DNA of 64,000 bases. It comes from an uncultured Acidobacteriaceae bacterium (GTDB lineage Bacteria; Acidobacteriota; Terriglobia; Bryobacterales; Bryobacteraceae). The stretch covers positions 423-64,422 of the forward strand of contig CAVYTS010000036.1 of assembly GCA_963771305.1 (NCBI GenBank), in the 5' to 3' direction. The number at the start of each line of letters is the position of its first letter. Position 1 is the first letter of the stretch. This document shows positions 48,755 to 58,369 of this stretch, one piece after another. The translations under genes were made by a program, and so were the position numbers. The notes beneath the pieces are model-generated. The model was given only the letters and a program-made list of their open reading frames with translations, had not been told where the DNA came from and ran no database searches.

Positions 48755-49102
48755 GTGTTATTCGAGCGAAGATCCAGACGGTCGAGGATATTTATCGACT
48801 GCTCCGGATGGCTGTGGTTCAGTAAGGATCCTATTCGTGCCGCCTATGACGGCTGGGATCGATGGTTCTGCCCGCATAGGTTGGGCCGGAATAACGAGGG
48901 GCAAGTTCGTGTGCTGTGCTATCAGTACGCTGGGGAGAGTTGCAGTGGGTTGCAAGCGGACGGCTCACCGGCAAACTGGCGCTGTATTGCGGTAGAGAAG
49001 CTGTCAGAGTGGAATTGCTCGAGGATGCATGGCACACTGCGCCCCAATCATTCCCGTCCACAGACCTGCATTGTGGATGTAGACGTGGATGCGGAAGATT
49101 AG
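48755..49102 (+). pseudogene. Small passenger ORF inside the IS701-like element; two compensating frame changes
   Basis: IRAAYDGWDRWFCPHRLGRNNEGQVRVLCYQYAGESCSGLQADGSPANWRCIAVEKLSE. VELLEDAWHTAP is in another frame (ORF 48916-49410), then NHSRPQTCIVDVDVDAED is back in frame. From memory it resembles small WYL/SH3-like beta-barrel proteins; not verified. Confidence 0.4.
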
Positions 49103-49195
49103 CTGCTCCCGCTGGCTCCGCAGAAGGGACAATGAGGCAATTGCTGGAGCAACTGGCGGGCGATGACAATCCGGAGCGTGGCGATCGAGCAGGGA

Positions 49196-50518
49196 TTATG
49201 TCGTTCGGGACGGACGCGGCGACCCTCGCGGGCGGAAGTCCGGCGGCAGCTCCGGGGCTGATAGTCCAACATGGCCGGCGCGGGCTGAGGGGGAAAAACG
49301 GTTCCGCTCGCCGATCAGGAACCCATAGGCGGCGATGCACAAAGTGGCGTGATGGTGAAAACCGCGCCAACTCCGACCTTCATAATGGCCTAGTCCCAAC
49401 TCCTGCTTGAGTTCCTCATAGTCTCGTTCAATAATCCAGCGGTGTTTGGCTATCTTTACCAGAGATTTCAGTGAGGTCTTCGCCGGCAAAGTGGACAGCC
49501 AGTATTTGGTAGGCTCCGATTCTTTCTTCGGCCATTCGATCAAGAGCCATTCTTCCGGATATGGCTCAGTGCGCTTGTAATCGCGATGCGCAGGACGCAC
49601 GCGGACTGCGGCAAATCGGGAGCGTAAAGTTTCTTGACAGCCTTGACGCCAAGCGATGTCCTTCCATGCCGAAGACGGCAACTCGAGAGCCAACTGCTTT
49701 ACCGAAATGGGCTGATGATCCGCATTGCGCTGTAGTCGCTTAGGTGGCGCTCCACGGCCTGGCTTTCGCGCTGGGGCCGGCAAGGGTTGTTGTCCAGGCT
49801 CCCAGACGGTGGCGTTAGATTCGATGCCTACTATATAGTGCAGTCCGAGTTGGGTGAGATCAGTGCGGAATTGCGTGCCCTTCCCATAGCCCGCATCTGC
49901 CAGTACCACTCCTAGGGGAATCTTCTGTTCCACCGCCTGCCGAATCTGCTGCAAAGCAATCTCTGGCTTGGTTTGAAACTCAATCTCTTCGGGAACTCCA
50001 GCCTGCTGGCAGCGCTCCGCATCCTGGCACCACACCTCCGGCAGATAGAGCCGCCAAGCAATTGGCAAACTCGAGCTCCAGGTGCTCACCGACAAACTCA
50101 CCGCCGCCTGGCAGTTATCTTGTTTGCCGAGTTGACCGCAATACTGCCGAGCGACTCCTACAGAATGCTTTCCCTGCTTGGGAAAACCCGTATCATCCAC
50201 GATCCACGCCACCACTGGACCGTGCTTCTCCATGGTTGGAAGCACATATCGCCGCACCTCGGCCAGCATCTCCTCGTCGTTCCAGGGCGCGTCCGCCACC
50301 AAGTGATGGAGCGACTGATGCATGCGGCGAACATTGTCCGGAGCCAAGCGCGCGGCCATCGGCTCAACACTCTTGCGCTCTCCGGGCAATAACAATCCCG
50401 TGCAGTAGTTCTTCAGCGGCGTGTGCCGGTCGGCATGCCCCGCGGCGTTCGCCAGGCCCTCGATATATGCCGCGAAGCGCCTCTGCTGTGGGCCTGGCGA
50501 GGAGAGGCGTGATCCCAC
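49196..50518 (-). CDS. IS701-family (IS4 superfamily) DDE transposase, intact
   Basis: AWIVDDTGFPKQGKHSVGVARQYCG, VVLADAGYG, HRWIIERDYEELKQELGLGHYEGRSWRGFHHH are typical of IS701-like transposases. Confidence 0.85.
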   Translation of the reverse strand: MGSRLSSPGPQQRRFAAYIEGLANAAGHADRHTPLKNYCTGLLLPGERKSVEPMAARLAPDNVRRMHQSLHHLVADAPWNDEEMLAEVRRYVLPTMEKHGPVVAWIVDDTGFPKQGKHSVGVARQYCGQLGKQDNCQAAVSLSVSTWSSSLPIAWRLYLPEVWCQDAERCQQAGVPEEIEFQTKPEIALQQIRQAVEQKIPLGVVLADAGYGKGTQFRTDLTQLGLHYIVGIESNATVWEPGQQPLPAPARKPGRGAPPKRLQRNADHQPISVKQLALELPSSAWKDIAWRQGCQETLRSRFAAVRVRPAHRDYKRTEPYPEEWLLIEWPKKESEPTKYWLSTLPAKTSLKSLVKIAKHRWIIERDYEELKQELGLGHYEGRSWRGFHHHATLCIAAYGFLIGERNRFSPSARAGHVGLSAPELPPDFRPRGSPRPSRTT

Positions 50519-50775
50519 AAAACAATTCTACATCAAATTGTTTGTTTTTAACACAGTAGTACTAGCTAGTTTCTGTCGCGAAATCCATAAGGCATTGATT
50601 CCTAAATAGATTAACTGACCACTGGCAGGCTCGAGAGCTTCATGATACGGTGTGACCGTCCGTCCCGTTTCGTCCTTACCGCGCGCGGTTGTGGCGGCTT
50701 GCAATAAAACAAATCAGAAAGAAAATGTCAATTTGCTCTTGACAAATTCCGCCAATTGTTGTTTCATCTATATAG

Positions 50776-51095
50776 ATGATAAAAGAAGCCGCCCTCCGCA
50801 AGCGCGCCAAACTCGCCGCCGCCCTCCCTTTCACCCCGAGATCGTCCGTGGCTCTCTGCTCCGCCGCGTCATTCGTCATCGCTCCGGCTGTGCCGTGTGT
50901 GCCGACGGAAATGGCCATCCCGTTTGGGTCTTGACGGTTAGTTATCCCGGCGGCGGCACCAAGCAGGTCAGCCTTCGTCCCGAACAGAAACCGGTTGTCG
51001 AGCAGTGGTTGCGTAACTACCACGAGCTCAAAGACTCCTTGGAGCGCATCTGTGAGATCAACCTTGAACTGCTGCGTACGGAGAAGAACAAGTGA
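50776..51095 (+). pseudogene. DUF6788-like small protein commonly found next to transposases; one frame change near 50838
   Basis: MIKEAALRKRAKLAAALPFTP, then in the ORF 50652-51095 frame EIVRGSLLRRVIRHRSGCAVCADGNGHPVWVLTVSYPGGGTKQVSLRPEQ...NYHELKDSLERICEINLELL. A C-run is one base short. Confidence 0.55.
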
Positions 51096-51345
51096 GCCGC
51101 CTTTCGTTCCCCCAGTTCAGCTTCGCCGATCTCCAATTGCAGAGCATGGGTATCCACCTCGACCCCGTTTTTCAACGCATTGCTGACTTTTTGGAGAAGC
51201 ATTCCGATCTCGTCGAACTGGTGCGTAAGGATCTGGAACGTGGACTGAAAAAGCCCAATGCCGGGCGCCACGGCATCACTCCTGCCCAGGCCCTGCTCTC
51301 GTTAATTCTCATGCGCGTCAAGAATTGGGACTACCGCGAGCAGAC
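51092..51345 (+). pseudogene. Transposase N-terminal fragment (family not assigned; ISNCY/IS5-like leader)
   Basis: FSFADLQLQSMGIHLDPVFQRIADFLEKHSDLVELVRKDLERGLKKPNAGRHGITPAQALLSLILMRVKNWDYRE; sense is lost after about 51345. Confidence 0.5.
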
Positions 51346-51474
51346 AATAGCCGACAAAAATACGGTAACCATCCAACCTGGCACGCTCCCTACTAGCCCC
51401 ACCAGGGCGTGGTGCCTCTCGGGGACTCGTCCGGCACCGCGAATTTCAGCCATTTCGCGACGGAAACTAGCTAG

Positions 51475-52085
51475 CTAAGCTAGGCCAGCCTGAGCGTTGC
51501 GCCGGTTTTATCAAGCCGGCCACCCACCCTGACGTAGAAACCGCCAAGTGTCCAGAGTCGCTTCGCCCCATCTTGGTGTTACCTCCATTGGAGAGACGTG
51601 TCCGCCTCTTCCGAGGGCATTACCCCTCCGTCATCGCTACTACCAACTCGTGCGCCAAACCCATCTGGCTTTCCTCTCCTTCGACTTTTGGTCTCGTTTG
51701 AGGAAGCTTTGCAGGTTGCTACCAGCCCCTGCTGCCAGCGGGTCCTTCCCGACGTTATCTCTGAAAATCTTTCCTGTGATGCCTGGGCCCCTATCACGAC
51801 GGTTGGCAGATTGCTCATACCTGGTTCTTCCTCTACCACAGCGGCCTTCCCACGGGAAAATGGGTCGGCATACCGTACACGCTTAGCGACTTCACAGCGG
51901 GGGTCGAGATTGCAGCCATTTCTTTATGTTCAAGCCTCACATTTGCTCGCCACCCTGATCGCTCCTACCACGACGGTTTCCCGCAGGGCAGTTGGTGACT
52001 TTTACATCCGGCAGACGTGCTTCGTTACTGCGCTGCACCGAATATGCTAGCTGTCTGACTACAGGTAATTGACAGCCAGGGACTT
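51475..52085 (-). mobile_element. Second group II intron, 5' fragment (domains I-III) truncated by the IS remnant
   Basis: The minus strand contains GGTAGTAGCGATGACGGAGGGGTAATGCCC (51612-51645), paralogous to the domain III motif of the first intron. No credible ORFs across 600 nt. The 5' end is not identified. Confidence 0.5.
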
Positions 52086-52520
52086 TCACCCTGCAGTCTC
52101 AGCCTTGTCGGCTGCTCCGCCCCGCGCCCCCCAGAAACAGACCGGCACCGAGCCGTAGCCGAAGTCGTACCATACCCCAGAGTTTGGGAAGTCATAGATC
52201 CTAACATCGATGAACAGACTACCGACGAAGCTGAAGACGATTAAGAAGCCGTGCAGAAGTCCAAGCCAGAGCTCCGCCGCTCGGCTGTCGGTTGGTGGGC
52301 ACAACTGTTGAGCAAGGCGACGGCTGAACACATGAGCAAGAAACACAGAACACGCAAAGCTCTGGCCCGTAGTCGTGAACACATAGAGGAGCACTCCGAT
52401 CCGAAGTCTAGCCCACTGGCGTGGTTTGCGCTGCCGTGGAGTGTGCTGATGGACGCCTCTTAGCGCGGTCCGGATCGGGCCGGTGACGCACGCTACGAAG
52501 CGAAACCCAAACAGCGCCAA
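52086..52520 (-). CDS. Hypothetical small integral membrane protein
   Basis: Several TM segments and the motif IDVRIYDFPNSGVWYDFGYG, which I recall from a conserved membrane-protein family of unknown function. Confidence 0.5.
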   Translation of the reverse strand: MALFGFRFVACVTGPIRTALRGVHQHTPRQRKPRQWARLRIGVLLYVFTTTGQSFACSVFLAHVFSRRLAQQLCPPTDSRAAELWLGLLHGFLIVFSFVGSLFIDVRIYDFPNSGVWYDFGYGSVPVCFWGARGGAADKAETAG

Positions 52521-52850
52521 AGTGCGGCGAAGCCTTCCGAGGCGGATCGTCCTATGCGGCTGTCCAGCTTAAAGTTATGCGAAGTCCAGCGAGTCATTGC
52601 AAAGTACGCAAATGGGGCTCAAACCCCCTTTCACGGCGACAACAGGGTTCGAATCCCCTTGGGACGCCAAAACGAGTCCCACGTACCACGGAGGTTTCGA
52701 TCTTCGCCAGCTCACATTCAAAGCAAGAGTGCGCCTACCGCTTGGAACCACCCGTGCCTCTCTTGTCGCTACGGTGGCGCTGCCCCCTCTGGATTCTGGA
52801 ACTTAGGAACAATACCGTTCGAGTGCCCAGCAGTTACGAAAGAGAAAAAT

Positions 52851-52875
52851 TTCGAATCCCACTCTCTCCGCCAGA
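52851..52875 (+). repeat. att-like core, copy 3 (25-nt exact duplicate of the tRNA-Ser 3' end)
   Basis: ttcgaatcccactctctccgccaga; core genes resume about 95 nt downstream. Confidence 0.75.
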
Positions 52876-52968
52876 CCAGCAGTACGGCCGAGCCGGCGCT
52901 TAGCGAACGCCGGGAACGCTGAATGTCCTGGCGACCGGTCCGTACGTCGCGTGTCGGACGCCGGTGTT

Positions 52969-55193
52969 CTACGCCCAGCTGTAACCGCTCTTTGCGATCG
53001 GTACTGATCGTATGCGCTTGCCGGTCGCCGCGAAGATCGCATTGGTCACCGCCGGAATCACTGGCGGCAAAGCCGGTTCGCCCAGTCCGGTCGGCGGGTT
53101 GTCGCTCTTCACAAAGTGCACATCAATCTGCGGCGTCTGCCGCATGCGCAGCAGCGTGTGCTGGTGATAGTTGCTCTGGACCACCCGGCCCTGGGCCATG
53201 GTGATTTCCTGGTTCATCAACTCGCTGAGACCGTCGATGACGCCGCCTTGCACCTGGGCCTCCGCGCCGCTGGGATTAATGATCTGGCTGCCCACATCGC
53301 CGCAGACCCAGATCTTGTTTACCTTGATCTTGTTGTCCGCCGTCACGCTGACCTCCGCGACGTGCGCGAAGTAGCCCTGGAAGCTGTAGTGAAAAGCGAC
53401 GCCCAGCGCTGTGCCTTTCGGCAAAGTCCGCTTGCCCCAGCCGGATCGATTCGCCACTTCCTGCAGCACGCCGCGCATGCGGGCGACGTCGTAGGTCGGA
53501 GCATTCTGATCTGTCTTTAGCTGCCTCGGCTCACCGAGCAATTCCAGCCGGAAAGCGACAGGGTCTTTTCCTGCCGCGTGAGCAAGTTCATCGATGAACG
53601 ACTGCATCACGAAGCAGAGTGCGTTGTGGCCCGGAGCACGCAGGGGTCCGGTTCGCAGAGCCAACTGCATGACGGAAGAACCAAGCGCGTAGTTCGGCAC
53701 AAAGCCGGCCGGAAACTCGCCCGGCGAGATCGCGGCGGTCGACGCGTACTTGTCGGCATCGCCGTAGGTGACGAAATGGTTCTGCCAGGCAATCAGCTTG
53801 CCTGAGGCGTCCACCCCGCCTTTCAAGTAGTGGAATCCGCCGGGCCGGTAGTAGTCGTGCTGCATGTCGTCTTCACGGGTCCACACCAGCTTCACCGGCG
53901 CCCCAATTTTCTTCGCGATGGAGGCAGCTTCCACCATGTAGTCGTTGGTCAGGCCTCTGCCGAACGATCCGCCCGCCCGCAGCAGATGAACCGTGATGTC
54001 GTTTTCATTCAGCCCCAGCGTCTTCGCCACCATCGCACGGCCGCGCGCCGGCGTCTGGCTGGTGGTCCAGATCTCCAGTTTGCCGTCTTTGTAAGTGGCG
54101 CTGCAGTTCCTCGGCTCAAGTGGCGCGTGCGAAATAAAAGGATAGGTGTAGGAAGCTTCCAGCACTTTCGCCGCACCCCTTAGCGCTGCGGTCGCATCGC
54201 CTTCGTTTTTCAGCGACCTTGCCGGTGCCTGCTTCGATAGCTCTTCGGCCCGTTTGGCGAAACCGTCCGTGCTTTGTTGCGCGGCGGGACCTTCATCCCA
54301 CTTCACCACCAGCTTCTTGCGCGCCGATTCGGCCGCCCACCAGGTGTCTGCCACAATGGCCACGCCGGAATCGAGACCCGGATCGCCCTCCAAGACCGGA
54401 GTTACTTTCGCCGTGCCCTGCAGAGTAAATGCATCCTTCACGCCCGGCATGTTTCTTTACTTCATCCAGGTTCGCGCTGACCACCTGTCCGCCGAAGACC
54501 GGGCACTTCTGATAGACCGCGAACAGCATTCCAGGCGTCGTGAAATCAATGCCGAAAATGGGCTTGCCCACGACGATGTCGGGAGCATCCACGCCGGGGG
54601 TCGCTTTGCCGATAATCTTGAAGTCTTTTTCCCGGAGGACCAAAGTCTTCAGATCGGGCGGGGTCAGCTTCGCTGCCGCAGCCGCCAGTTCACCGTAGCC
54701 TAGTGATTTGTCCGTCGAGCGATGGTAGACACGGCCATTCGAGGCGTAGCACTCCGACTCGGGAACGCCCCACTTTTGCGCCGCAGCTGTAATCAGCATC
54801 TGCCGGCCGGCGGCGCCCATCTGCCGCATTGGAATCCAATTGTTCGACGCGGCGCGGCTGCCTCCCGTGCTCTGGTTGCCGTACTTCGCATCCAGGTCGG
54901 CCTGTTCCACCTTCACGGTTTTCCAGTCGACTTCCAACTCTTCCGCGATCAGCATCGACAGCATGGTCTTGATGTTCTGCCCGATCTCGGGATTGCGCGA
55001 GACCAGCGTCACCGTTCCATCCGGAGTAATTTTGATAAATGCGTCGGGCGAGAGCGGCGGCTTGTTGCTGCTGCGGCTGCTGCGCCAGCACCTTGGGACC
55101 TAGCGTCGTGCCGATCAGCATGCCGCCACCCGCCAGCGCCGTCACCTGGAGCACCGTCGATTGAATGAAATCGCGTCGGCTTAAGCGAGTCAT
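52969..55193 (-). pseudogene. Molybdopterin-dependent oxidoreductase large subunit (IorB / aldehyde oxidase-xanthine dehydrogenase family), Tat signal; two frame changes
   Basis: [15 protein letters not shown] Tat leader (ORF 54690-55193), middle part in ORF 54293-55012, C-terminal part in ORF 52969-54450 ([28 protein letters not shown]). Shifts near 55040 and 54440. Confidence 0.8.
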
Positions 55194-55707
55194 GAGCGGC
55201 CTCCCTTCTCTGCATCAACGCTGATCAGCTCCGCGGTTTGCGTCGAACCGCCTTTGTGCATGGATGCCGCCGAGTGGATGGCTTGCCGACGCGTACATAG
55301 GTTCCGCAGCGGCACAAGTTGCCGTTCATGGCAGTGTCAATGTCTTGATCTGTCGGCGACGGATGCTTTGCCAGCAACGCGGCAGCCGTCATGATCTGGC
55401 CGGCTTGGCAGTAACCGCACTGCGGAACGTCGATTTCCTTCCAGGCAATCTGCAGCGGATGTGTGCCGTCGGGCGAGAGGCCTTCAATGGTCGTAATCTT
55501 TGCATTCGCGGCGCCGGAGACCGGCGTCATGCAGGAGCGCACGGGCTGCCCACCCAGATGCACGGTACAGGCCCCGCACTGGCCAATTCCGCAGCCGTAT
55601 TTTGTGCCCGGGAGGTTCAGCACATCCCGAAGCACCCACAGCAGTGGGGTATCGGCCGGTACGTCGACGGTCTGTGACCGCCCGTTCACAGTCAATTGGA
55701 TTGCCAT
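55190..55707 (-). CDS. (2Fe-2S)-binding small subunit (IorA-like); one frame change near 55300
   Basis: MAIQLTVNG...[14 protein letters not shown]...[10 protein letters not shown]...CRCGTY. The conserved tail [10 protein letters not shown]... lies in another frame and ends in ATGA coupling with the large subunit. Confidence 0.85.
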
Positions 55708-55835
55708 AGCCTTATTCCCACCATAAGCCTGTTCGAACGAGCTGTGGAGAGAGGGCACGGTGTCCTCTCCGGCGCGCTGGGTTGCTGATCGACGGGAGCC
55801 CGGATTAATAAGAGTCGCTTGGAATGGTCGTAAAG

Positions 55836-56390
55836 TTACTCCGGCGCCAGTTCTTTCGGTAGCTGGTTACCTGGCCGGTCGGTGTCCCAGACAATGGATG
55901 CGATCCACCAGCGGTGTCCGTCGAAATAGAGTTGCAGCGCGTTGACGCCCATCACGACGGGCTCGCCCTTCAGATTCGTGCTTGATCTGATAGGACGAAA
56001 ACACTTGCGCTACGATTGCCGAACTGGCGCACGGAGCGTTTGATTTCGCTCTCATAGAATCCCTGCTTCTGCACTGCTATTGCGACCCGGTCCACATACT
56101 CTTGGAAGCTGATCATGCGGACATTCGGCTGGCCCGCTTTGTTTGGATTCGTGGCAATCATCCGGATGTCGGGTATGAAGAGGCTCTTCGCCCGGCTCCA
56201 GTTCCGCTCCTGGCCGGCCGGGCCGGAGATCACGCCATAGAGAGCCTTTACCAAGGAATCGATCGTGGAGACATCGGCAGGGTCGGCGGGCGTGTCCTTC
56301 ACCTGGATGTGAGGGGCTTCGCTGGTTTGCCCGAATGCAGGGAAGCCAAGAGGTCCACACCAGAGCAAGCAGCGCGAATTAGGCGCATGA
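55836..56390 (-). pseudogene. NTF2/SnoaL-like fold protein (DUF4440-like); at least two frame changes; start uncertain
   Basis: STIDSLVKALYGVISGPAGQERNW...QEYVDRV... (ORF 55970-56467), then VAQVFSSYQIKHESEG and [32 protein letters not shown] in two other frames; TAA at 55836-55838. Confidence 0.55.
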
Positions 56391-56467
56391 TTCGGATTGT
56401 AGTAGAAGAGGCCCGGAAACACGGGGCCGGTTAACAACTGGCCGCAGGATTCCATCCTGCCCCACAA

Positions 56468-57950
56468 CTACTTCACGCCGAACAGGTTGAACAGTATGTA
56501 GAACGAGCCGGCGAACAGCGCTGACCCTAGCAGCACGCATACCGGCAACGTCAGCACCCAGGCCAGCAGGATGCTGCGGACGGTGTCGCCTTGCAAGTCC
56601 GGACTTGTTAGCCCACATCGTGCCCGCAACGCCCGACGACAGAATGTGTGTTGTGCTCACAGGCAGCCCCAGCTTGTCCGCCGTAAGAATCGTCCCCATG
56701 GCCACGATTTCGGCAGAGGCGCCCTGCGCGTAGGTAAGGTGCGTCTTACCGATCTTTTCACCCACCGTGACGACAATGCGCTTCCAGCCGATCATCGTTC
56801 CCAGGCCAAGCGCCAGCGCGACCGCGAATTTCACCCACGTCGGAATGTACTTGGTCTCGTTGCTCATCTTCTTGGCGAGGCTGCTCATGGCCGAAACCTC
56901 AGCCGGGTCCGTGACTTCTTTTTTCTTGATTAGCTTCAGCATCGACTCGCTAAACAGGTAGATGTCCCGGCGGATGTTCTTTCGCTGCTCGCTGGTCAAG
57001 TCGTGGAAGCTGCTCTTCCCAGTCAGCTCATTGCCAATCTGCCGGTTCATGCCGGCCAAGGAATCCCAGAGCCGGATGGTCGGCTTGCCGGTCGGCTTCA
57101 TGTAATCCGACATTTCGTCAATCGCATCCTGGCCTGAGACTTGCATCAAGGGCGCTTGCTTATCCAGGTACGGCTGGATGATCTTTGTTTCGTTGACGAT
57201 CGCCTGGAGGTCGTCCGGGCCCGGCGGCCGGATTCAGCGCGAAGGCGCCCGGCAGGATTCCCACCAGGATCAGCACAATCAACCCCATGCCCTTCTGGCC
57301 GTCATTCGAACCATGCGCGAAGCTGACTCCGGTGCAGGTAAAAATGAGAATCCCACGAATCCACCATGGCGGAGCCTATACCGGGTTCGGGGGGTTCGTA
57401 CAGCTCCTTGTTCTTGATGATGAGCTTGCATAGCCACAGCAGCAGCAGCGGCCGCAAAGAAGCCGAAGATCGGGCTGAAGAGCAGCGACTTGAACACGTC
57501 GGCCGCCTTCGCCCAATTCACTCCTTCGCCGAACACGTGGCCAGGCGTGATTAGTGAATTCGCCAAGCCAACTCCCATGATGGAACCAACCAGGGTGTGC
57601 GAGCTGGATGCCGGGATGCCCAGCTACCAGGTGCCCAGGTTCCAGATAATGGCTGCCAGCAGCAGCGAGAACACCATGGCAAATCCGGCGCCCGAACCCA
57701 CGTTCAGCACTAGTTCCACCGGCAGCAAAGCCACAATGCTGTATGCCACAGCGCCGCTGGATGTGAGAACACCGATCAGGTTCCAGATGCCGGACCAGAC
57801 CACCGCGTAAGTAGCTTTCAGCGAGTGTGTATAAATGACCGTTGCGACGGCATTCGCAGTATCGTGAAAGCCGTTAACGAACTCAAAACTGAGCGCCAGG
57901 AACAGCGCCAAGAACAGAAAGACTGCTGAACCGAAGCTTACTGTGTTCAC
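56468..57950 (-). pseudogene. pit: Inorganic phosphate transporter, PiT family; at least four frame changes
   Basis: N-terminus FEFVNGFHDTANAVAT (ORF 57624-57950). Pieces in 57279-57578; GSNDGQKGMG in an unlisted frame; 56379-57149 (STTHILSSGVAGTM). C-terminal LLAWVLTLPV...FGVK-TAG is in another frame. Confidence 0.85.
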
Positions 57951-58117
57951 CGAACAGTTCCACAGTTTACCCCGCCAAAGATCCCTCAGACTGTAAGGTC
58001 CGTCTGAAAAGGGCGAACGACTAGTTAGGTTATGGGACTAAGGTTACAAGGGGATGAAAATGAGTAACTTTCAGTACGTTTGGGTTATCCTGAAGCCGGT
58101 TTCGAGAGGAGAGCCGA

Positions 58118-58321
58118 ATGACGGCTACGAGCCTTATTAACGCAATTGTATTCTTAGCCATCGGCATTCTGGCGTTTGGCCTCGCATTGTTCTACATTGG
58201 ACGCGCCATGCCAGGTAATCTGTGGCGACAGGCGATTGACGAAAAGAACATTGGTGCGGCCATTATCCTGGCCGGCATTGCGTTGGGGCTGGGGTGGATC
58301 ATCGCTGCCGCAGTCCACTAG
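58118..58321 (+). CDS. DUF350-family small membrane protein
   Basis: Two TM helices and the characteristic GNLWRQAIDEKNIGAAIILAG motif; 67 aa. Confidence 0.7.
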   Translation: MTATSLINAIVFLAIGILAFGLALFYIGRAMPGNLWRQAIDEKNIGAAIILAGIALGLGWIIAAAVH

Positions 58322-58369
58322 CGGCTATTGAAACGGGCTTCCCCCAGGCTGAAGACGCTGCCAAGGCCC

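Larger units (their letters stand above)
47480..50569 (-). mobile_element. IS701-like element (about 1.9 kb native) carrying a nested IS630 in its left terminal repeat
   Basis: Once the IS630 is removed, the termini ctagctagtaTtactgtgtt (left) and aacacagtaGtactagctag (right, 50550-50569) form an inverted repeat. Palindromic CTAG units make the exact ends ambiguous. Confidence 0.7.
50562..51474 (+). mobile_element. Internally deleted IS remnant bounded by 23-nt inverted repeats
   Basis: ctagctagtttcTgtcgcgaaat at 50562-50584 and its complement atttcgcgacGgaaactagctag at 51452-51474 (22 of 23). It encloses a DUF6788-like gene and a transposase N-terminal stub. Confidence 0.65.

Noticed and set aside
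52540-52720. Possible tmRNA (ssrA) gene, suggested by cgccagctca resembling the tmRNA 3' end
   Set aside because: There is no GGGGCUG-type 5' acceptor partner, no plausible tag reading frame ending in hydrophobic residues plus a stop, and the T-arm pairs poorly. I kept it only as tRNA-like debris.
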